A stretch of DNA of 64,000 bases from an uncultured Candidatus Saccharibacteria bacterium (GTDB taxonomy: Bacteria > Patescibacteriota > Andersenbacteria > UBA10190), in contig CAYJKV010000002.1 in the NCBI GenBank assembly GCA_964371255.1, positions 66,553-130,552 on the forward strand, given 5' to 3'. Every line of letters starts with the position of its first letter. Position 1 is the stretch's first letter. A program made the translations under genes and the position numbers. Shown piece after piece: positions 58,914 to 64,000 of this stretch. The notes below the pieces were generated by a model that saw only the letters and a list, made by a program, of their open reading frames with translations, was not told where the DNA came from and ran no database searches.

Positions 58914-60065
58914 ATGCGGATCGTCCATACTTGCTTGCGTTACCCCCCCGCTACTGGCGGTGTGGAAACCTATGTACAACAACTGGTCACTCGCACCCGT
59001 AATATTGAGCAGCAGATTGATGTCCGAGTCCTCACCAGTAAAATGCGCACCCATGGTCCGATTTCCGACTTGTCACCGGACTTATTGTTAGACGATCCGC
59101 CATACGTGCAGCGCCTCCATCACCTGGCTACTCCCTTTGTTTCCTACCCTCGTTTGCAGGCCCTCAAATATTATTTGACCCATCATAACCCTGACATTGT
59201 TCACGGCTACAGCTTTTGGTACCAGCCGGCCGATGTCGCTGCCCGCTGGGCAGCCCAACATCGCCGCCTCTTTATTTTTCATCCGATGTACTACGAATCA
59301 GTCAGGCGAAAGAAACTCACCTGGCAGATTTATTGCCGAACCATCGGCTATCGGACTTTCGCGGCCGCTGATGCCGTGGTCGTTATTTCTCCTTATGAGC
59401 AAAGCCTGATTACGCGGGCCGGCTTTCCGGTTAAACGGTTTTATCTAATTCCACCTGGCATAGACATTTCTGAATTTAATCATCCCGGTATCAATCCATA
59501 TCCTTCGTCCTCGTCGATCGCTCCTATTATCCTTTGTGTCTCACGTTTGTCGGCTGAAAAGAAACTTCAGGACGTAATATCCGTCATGCCGCAAGTGCTG
59601 CACCATGCTCCCCACGCTCATCTTTTTCTAGTCGGCGAGGATTTTGGTTATCAGTCAGAGCTCCGGGCCTTAATAAATAAACTTGACCTCTCCGGCCACG
59701 TCCATTTTCTTGGCCGCCTCAGTCGTCAGCAGCTGCTTGGTGCCTATCAACATGCCGATCTTTTCATTCATCCTTCTAATTATGAAGCTTTTGGCATTGT
59801 CGTGGCAGAGGCGATGGCCGCTCGCCTGCCTGTCATCGCTCGCGACACCTCTGCCATACCATACGTTGCCCCGCATCGTCAGGCCGCTCTTCTATTCCGT
59901 ACTCAAAACGATCTCACGGCCAATATCTTGACTGTGCTTAGAGACAACAAATATGCACAAACTCTCACCAACAACGCCTATCAACGAGTTCTGACGAACT
60001 TCACGTGGGATTTAACTCAAAAAAAAGTGGCCGATCTTTACTCAGGGTTACTGACTAAAGATTAG
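58914..60065 (+). CDS. GT4 glycosyltransferase
   Basis: YPPATGGVE, SRL..EK, PSNYEAFGIVVAEAMA. Confidence 0.93.
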   Translation: MRIVHTCLRYPPATGGVETYVQQLVTRTRNIEQQIDVRVLTSKMRTHGPISDLSPDLLLDDPPYVQRLHHLATPFVSYPRLQALKYYLTHHNPDIVHGYSFWYQPADVAARWAAQHRRLFIFHPMYYESVRRKKLTWQIYCRTIGYRTFAAADAVVVISPYEQSLITRAGFPVKRFYLIPPGIDISEFNHPGINPYPSSSSIAPIILCVSRLSAEKKLQDVISVMPQVLHHAPHAHLFLVGEDFGYQSELRALINKLDLSGHVHFLGRLSRQQLLGAYQHADLFIHPSNYEAFGIVVAEAMAARLPVIARDTSAIPYVAPHRQAALLFRTQNDLTANILTVLRDNKYAQTLTNNAYQRVLTNFTWDLTQKKVADLYSGLLTKD

Positions 60066-60469
60066 TCACTGAACGCCAGGTTGTCTTGTCCACTCGCGGC
60101 GCAAAGCTGCTCGGCTAAAGACAGGAGGGAATGCGATTGGATGTGCGCAATTTGTCTGGGATGAAATTCCTGGAAATCAACAAACTTGGTTAAATGTCGA
60201 TCATCATCACCAACCAAAATCACGACAAATGGGCCATGCGCATTTTGCTTAAGGGCCTCCTCCGCATTGCTGATCTCTGTTTGTTGCTTGACGTTTCTGC
60301 CCAGTCGATTCACCTCATCCAATACAACCATGTGCACATTATCATAAACTTCATAGAGGCCTTCCCACTGTTCAAAACCCAACACGCTGACCTGAAAACC
60401 TGCCTGTGCTAAAGTTCCAACAATGCCGGTTGGTTCGTCAGATACTACAATTGCCTTCCTGTCTCTCAT
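60062..60469 (-). CDS. Hypothetical protein, possible degenerate receiver-like domain
   Basis: SD-like AGAGGGTAGG; KAIVVSDE..LAQAGFQV..MVVLDE..FVVILVG alternating beta/alpha pattern. Confidence 0.55.
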   Translation of the reverse strand: MRDRKAIVVSDEPTGIVGTLAQAGFQVSVLGFEQWEGLYEVYDNVHMVVLDEVNRLGRNVKQQTEISNAEEALKQNAHGPFVVILVGDDDRHLTKFVDFQEFHPRQIAHIQSHSLLSLAEQLCAASGQDNLAFSD

Positions 60470-60551
60470 TTTCCTACCCTCTTATAAGTTGGTGAGAGAA
60501 CGAAAAAACCTTACAATATGACTATCTAAACTATTATACTTTTGTATTGCC

Positions 60552-61625
60552 ATGTCAAACCTTAACTATCTCATCCTGTCGCTCTCCGGCATCGGTAACT
60601 ATCTCATGCACACCGCTCTTATTCACGCCATTAAAGTACATCAGCCAACCGCTACCATTACTCTCTGGGTGGCCCCTCGTCACACGGCGGTTCTCGCCCA
60701 GGCCAACCCCGACATTGATCATGTTATTAAGGCTCCTATCAAGCGCTCATTGTTGGGCCACCTGCAACAAGTTATCAGGTTGCGTCATTTATCCCCTGAC
60801 ACGGGATTCATTCTTTACCCGGGACAACTTTGGAAGAGTGCGCTCTACGTTTTTTTAGCGGGGGCTTACCGGCGTGTCGGACATCGTTATATGCATCTAG
60901 GTAATCCTGACAGTTCATTATTACTGACTAATCCGGTCAATGTTAATCCCGCGCTGCATGATATTGATCAAAATCTCGCGCTGCTGCAACCGTTGTCCAT
61001 CCCAATTCCGTCTGCCCTGCCCCCTTATTTTGTCACGATACCGACCCATTATCAGCAACAGGCGAAATCACTTCTAGCCCGCGTGCACCATTCATCCCCC
61101 GCCGCTAAAATTTACTTCGGTCTTCACCCCGGCTCTGCGCCAGATTTTGCCTGGAAACGCTGGCCGATTGAACGATATGCCAGCCTGGCTAAGCAAATAA
61201 TTAAAAAGTATCACGCTCATGTTTTAATATTCGGCGGCGCTCAAGAACTTACGCTCATGAAAAACCTTCGCCGTCTCATCGGCCCGGACCATTCGTCTAT
61301 AATGTCTGCCCACTTGCTCACCGTCGCGGCCCTGATGAAAAATTGCCAATTATTTATCGCTAATGACTCAGGGCTAATGCATCTTTCCTCGGCCTTGTCT
61401 GTTCCGACTATTGGTCTATTTGGTCCCACCAATGAGCGTCGCACGGGTCCTCGCGGTCAAGGCAGCGTGCCACTGCGCGCTCCCGGCACTGCCCCTGTTT
61501 ATGACGTCAACACAAACTACGCCCTGGGCTCAAGCCCTCATCCGTTCATGTTGGCTCTTAACACTTCCCTGGTTATGGCGGCAGTAGAAAATATACTAAA
61601 TCAACCCCCGGCTCAATCGTCGTAG
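60552..61625 (+). CDS. GT9 (WaaF-like heptosyltransferase family) glycosyltransferase
   Basis: GIGNYLM, NPDID, GLHPGS..KRWP, ANDSGLMHL, GLFGPT. Confidence 0.9.
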   Translation: MSNLNYLILSLSGIGNYLMHTALIHAIKVHQPTATITLWVAPRHTAVLAQANPDIDHVIKAPIKRSLLGHLQQVIRLRHLSPDTGFILYPGQLWKSALYVFLAGAYRRVGHRYMHLGNPDSSLLLTNPVNVNPALHDIDQNLALLQPLSIPIPSALPPYFVTIPTHYQQQAKSLLARVHHSSPAAKIYFGLHPGSAPDFAWKRWPIERYASLAKQIIKKYHAHVLIFGGAQELTLMKNLRRLIGPDHSSIMSAHLLTVAALMKNCQLFIANDSGLMHLSSALSVPTIGLFGPTNERRTGPRGQGSVPLRAPGTAPVYDVNTNYALGSSPHPFMLALNTSLVMAAVENILNQPPAQSS

Positions 61626-61630
61626 CACTT

Positions 61631-62596
61631 TCACCCCGCTTGTTTTACGCCGGGTTTTACTGCCTTTTCTTCTCGCGCGACATCATTCGTGTCCATTCTG
61701 TTAATGGCATATCTAATATCCCGCCAAGAACCTATTGTTTCCCCACCTTTTGTAGTAAAGGCGGCAGCACAACCTAGCTTCTTCAGAATTGCCTCAGTTT
61801 CTTTATTGTATGAGCCATAGGGATAACACATCGTCCAGCCAACCTCGGGAACTCCAATACTAATCAGCGCCCTTAAAGCTTGATCAATTTCCTCTTGTTG
61901 TTTCTCCCGTGACAATTTTTCCAACCAAACATGATTATAACCATGGTTGCCAACTGTCATGCCGTCTTCCAGCAACTGCTTAACTTCACCTACCTTCATG
62001 TAAAGCCCATCTGCGATTGATCTTTCATCTTGCCCCACGTGTTGAGCAAACATCTCATTAATAATTAACGTTCGTACTCGATCCGGCAGCGCGAACTGAA
62101 GCATGCTTTTGATATATTTAATTTCCGCGCTATCAAATCTTCCGGGTTTGCCATATTCTCGCCAATATTCACTAATTTGCCACAACGTGTCTTCTCCGCG
62201 TCGCTGCTCAATCATCGCATGCATCGTCTTAATTATATCAAGAGGCCTGATTCCTCGGCCCAGTATCAATTGAATCTTATTTGTTTCTGTGATCTTTCTT
62301 TCCCACACCGCCCGGCTAGAGATAAAAAATATCGCGGCCACCTTTTCTTCCGCCAAAATCGGCCTTACAGTCGTAAAGTGCTCCCGGTAACCGTCATCGA
62401 ATGTCAATAATATATCCGTACGTGGCAACACCTTATTTTGCTTTACGCTCTCCAAAAAATCCGTTGGGGTAATAATTCTGCCGCTCCTCCTGAGTAAGTT
62501 TAATTGCCGCCGAAATTGATCAACGGATAACGCCTTCAGCTGCGGCCACTTACTACCCGCCACGTCTCTCACGTAGTGGTAGTTAACTATGCGCAT
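61631..62596 (-). CDS. Polysaccharide deacetylase family protein
   Basis: YHYVRD, LLTFDDG, GNHGYNH, CYPYGSY. Confidence 0.88.
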   Translation of the reverse strand: MRIVNYHYVRDVAGSKWPQLKALSVDQFRRQLNLLRRSGRIITPTDFLESVKQNKVLPRTDILLTFDDGYREHFTTVRPILAEEKVAAIFFISSRAVWERKITETNKIQLILGRGIRPLDIIKTMHAMIEQRRGEDTLWQISEYWREYGKPGRFDSAEIKYIKSMLQFALPDRVRTLIINEMFAQHVGQDERSIADGLYMKVGEVKQLLEDGMTVGNHGYNHVWLEKLSREKQQEEIDQALRALISIGVPEVGWTMCYPYGSYNKETEAILKKLGCAAAFTTKGGETIGSWRDIRYAINRMDTNDVAREEKAVKPGVKQAG

Positions 62597-62618
62597 GTCA
62601 GCCAGCTTTAATTGTCAT

Positions 62619-63527
62619 CTAGTCTTTAACACCATGAATCATAAACGCGGAGGCTTGCCCGATCAGTCTTAAATCATGAGCATACTCCTGCAGGAGATTC
62701 GCTATTTCAAAATGAATACGAGGCTCGCTGGTTTTAAAACTGGGCGGACCGCAATGGATATGCACCGGGCCGACACCATCAATCCTGAAACCTTCGCGAT
62801 CCATAATTTTCATCAACTGGATCGGCGTATATTGATAGCGTGAGCCCACGGCAATGCCGGTGTTGGCATGAATCATCTCTTCGTTCTGCATCGGCGCAAC
62901 CGTCATCTCGAGCAGCTCCCGCACCGGTCGGTGGTCATTGAGCGCCACAATTTCGGCCGCCAACGTTTCCACTGTTCCCTCGGCTATTTCGCCGGCCGTG
63001 TATTCATTAGCGGACATCATATTAAATAATCGATTACGCGAGCTCACGACCAATGACCCTCCTGGCTTTAAAATACGGTAAGCATCATTAAAAAAATCGT
63101 CCCGTTGCTCATAGGAGATATATTCGATAAAGCCATTCGCGACCACCACGTCATAACTTTTATCCTCGACGTGCCAATCAAAGAAATCGGCCAAAATAAA
63201 CTCCGCCAAGCTTATTTTATCGTCTATCGCCCGCTGATGAGCTAAGTCCACCATTCCCCCCGCGATGTCAATCCCAGTCGCTTTAATCCCCATTTTCGCT
63301 GTTTCACAAACTAGATCACCTACCCCGCTGCCAATATCCAATAAATACTTAGTCTCTGTCCGTTTCTTTAATACTGCGAGCACGTAATCATTGCGCTGCT
63401 TTATGACATTCACTTTATTTATAACCAGTCCATCTGCCTTACGCTCCCAATCCTGCGCCTTTTCGTCAAAAAATCTCTTTGCTTCTTCTTGCTGCTTGGT
63501 GCGTTGAATTTTTTCCCGTATGTTCAT
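62619..63527 (-). CDS. Class I SAM-dependent methyltransferase
   Basis: LLDIGSGVG, GIDIA, YDVVV, RILKPGG. Confidence 0.9.
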   Translation of the reverse strand: MNIREKIQRTKQQEEAKRFFDEKAQDWERKADGLVINKVNVIKQRNDYVLAVLKKRTETKYLLDIGSGVGDLVCETAKMGIKATGIDIAGGMVDLAHQRAIDDKISLAEFILADFFDWHVEDKSYDVVVANGFIEYISYEQRDDFFNDAYRILKPGGSLVVSSRNRLFNMMSANEYTAGEIAEGTVETLAAEIVALNDHRPVRELLEMTVAPMQNEEMIHANTGIAVGSRYQYTPIQLMKIMDREGFRIDGVGPVHIHCGPPSFKTSEPRIHFEIANLLQEYAHDLRLIGQASAFMIHGVKD

Positions 63528-64000
63528 TGTTTAGATATTACTTGTTTATAAAATACTTCATACTGCGATGCAATCCTTTCTTTAGTGAGATTGCTGATCA
63601 CCCATGCCCTCGCCTCCCTGCCCATGGCTTGCCTTTCTGTATCATTCATCCGCAGTGCCTTGATTATAGACTCGCTCAGAGCTTCCCGGGAATTGCGCTT
63701 AAAAAGCAGGCCAGTCTTTCCAGTTTTGATCATTTCGCTTGGTCCGCCGACATCGGCCGCTACTACTACTTTACCTCTAGCCATACCTTCTGCCACTGTT
63801 CGTCCAAACGGTTCATGCCAAATATGCGGCGCCACAACGATCTGTGCCTGGTTATATTCCCTGATCGTTTGATCCCACGGGACCGGCCCGATCAATTTAA
63901 CTGAGTATTGTAAACCGTATTTTTCAATCCTCGATTCGTATTCCTGACGATTTCTCCCCTCGCCGACTATTCTTAATGATGCCTTAGGTTCCTTTTGTAT
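63524..64000 (-). CDS. GT4 glycosyltransferase, 3' part (start outside the window)
   Basis: Frame open to 64000 (IQKEPKASLRIVGEG...); EPFGRTVAEGMARGK..DVGG. Confidence 0.9.
   Translation of the reverse strand: MQKEPKASLRIVGEGRNRQEYESRIEKYGLQYSVKLIGPVPWDQTIREYNQAQIVVAPHIWHEPFGRTVAEGMARGKVVVAADVGGPSEMIKTGKTGLLFKRNSREALSESIIKALRMNDTERQAMGREARAWVISNLTKERIASQYEVFYKQVISKQ

Noticed and set aside
1-64000. tRNA/rRNA genes, CRISPR arrays, IS elements, genetic code 25
   Set aside because: No cloverleaf or T-loop motifs in spacers, no periodic repeats, no transposase; TGA ends genes such as murG and nif3, and conserved ORFs are intact in code 11

Overview
Gene-dense chromosomal window in standard genetic code 11 (TGA acts as stop). 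Gene content and style point to a Patescibacteria/CPR (Parcubacteria-like) genome; this is inference. Layout: (1) 1-2.9 kb, a detached alpha operon infA-rpmJ-rpsM-rpsK-rpsD-rpoA-rplQ with its own promoter. (2) 3-11.6 kb, a membrane-anchored baseplate-J-like protein, a shortened AlaRS, a LOG protein, a membrane protein plus VirD4/TraD-like ATPase pair, and a sigma4 + multi-winged-helix protein behind a palindrome-rich promoter. (3) 11.7-24.7 kb, peptidoglycan genes: dac-mraY-murD-ftsW-murG-murC, and a divergent murF-DegT-type aminotransferase-FemX unit. (4) About 19-64 kb, a very large cell-surface glycosylation region: many GT2/GT4, two GT9, three polyprenyl-P-sugar synthases, several GT-C/YfhO-like membrane proteins, three MOP flippases including MurJ and a flippase-GT fusion, an O-ligase-like protein, an ATP-grasp, two deacetylases and a methyltransferase, with SpoIID, PgeF, Nif3 and two orphan genes interspersed. 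No tRNA/rRNA, CRISPR array, integrase or transposase was seen. Best candidates for undescribed biology: the murF-aminotransferase-FemX unit, the sigma4/HARE-HTH protein with an inverted -35 operator, the orphan T4CP-like pair, the baseplate-J membrane protein and the GT-C-rich glycan system. All family calls come from motif recognition by eye, not database searches.
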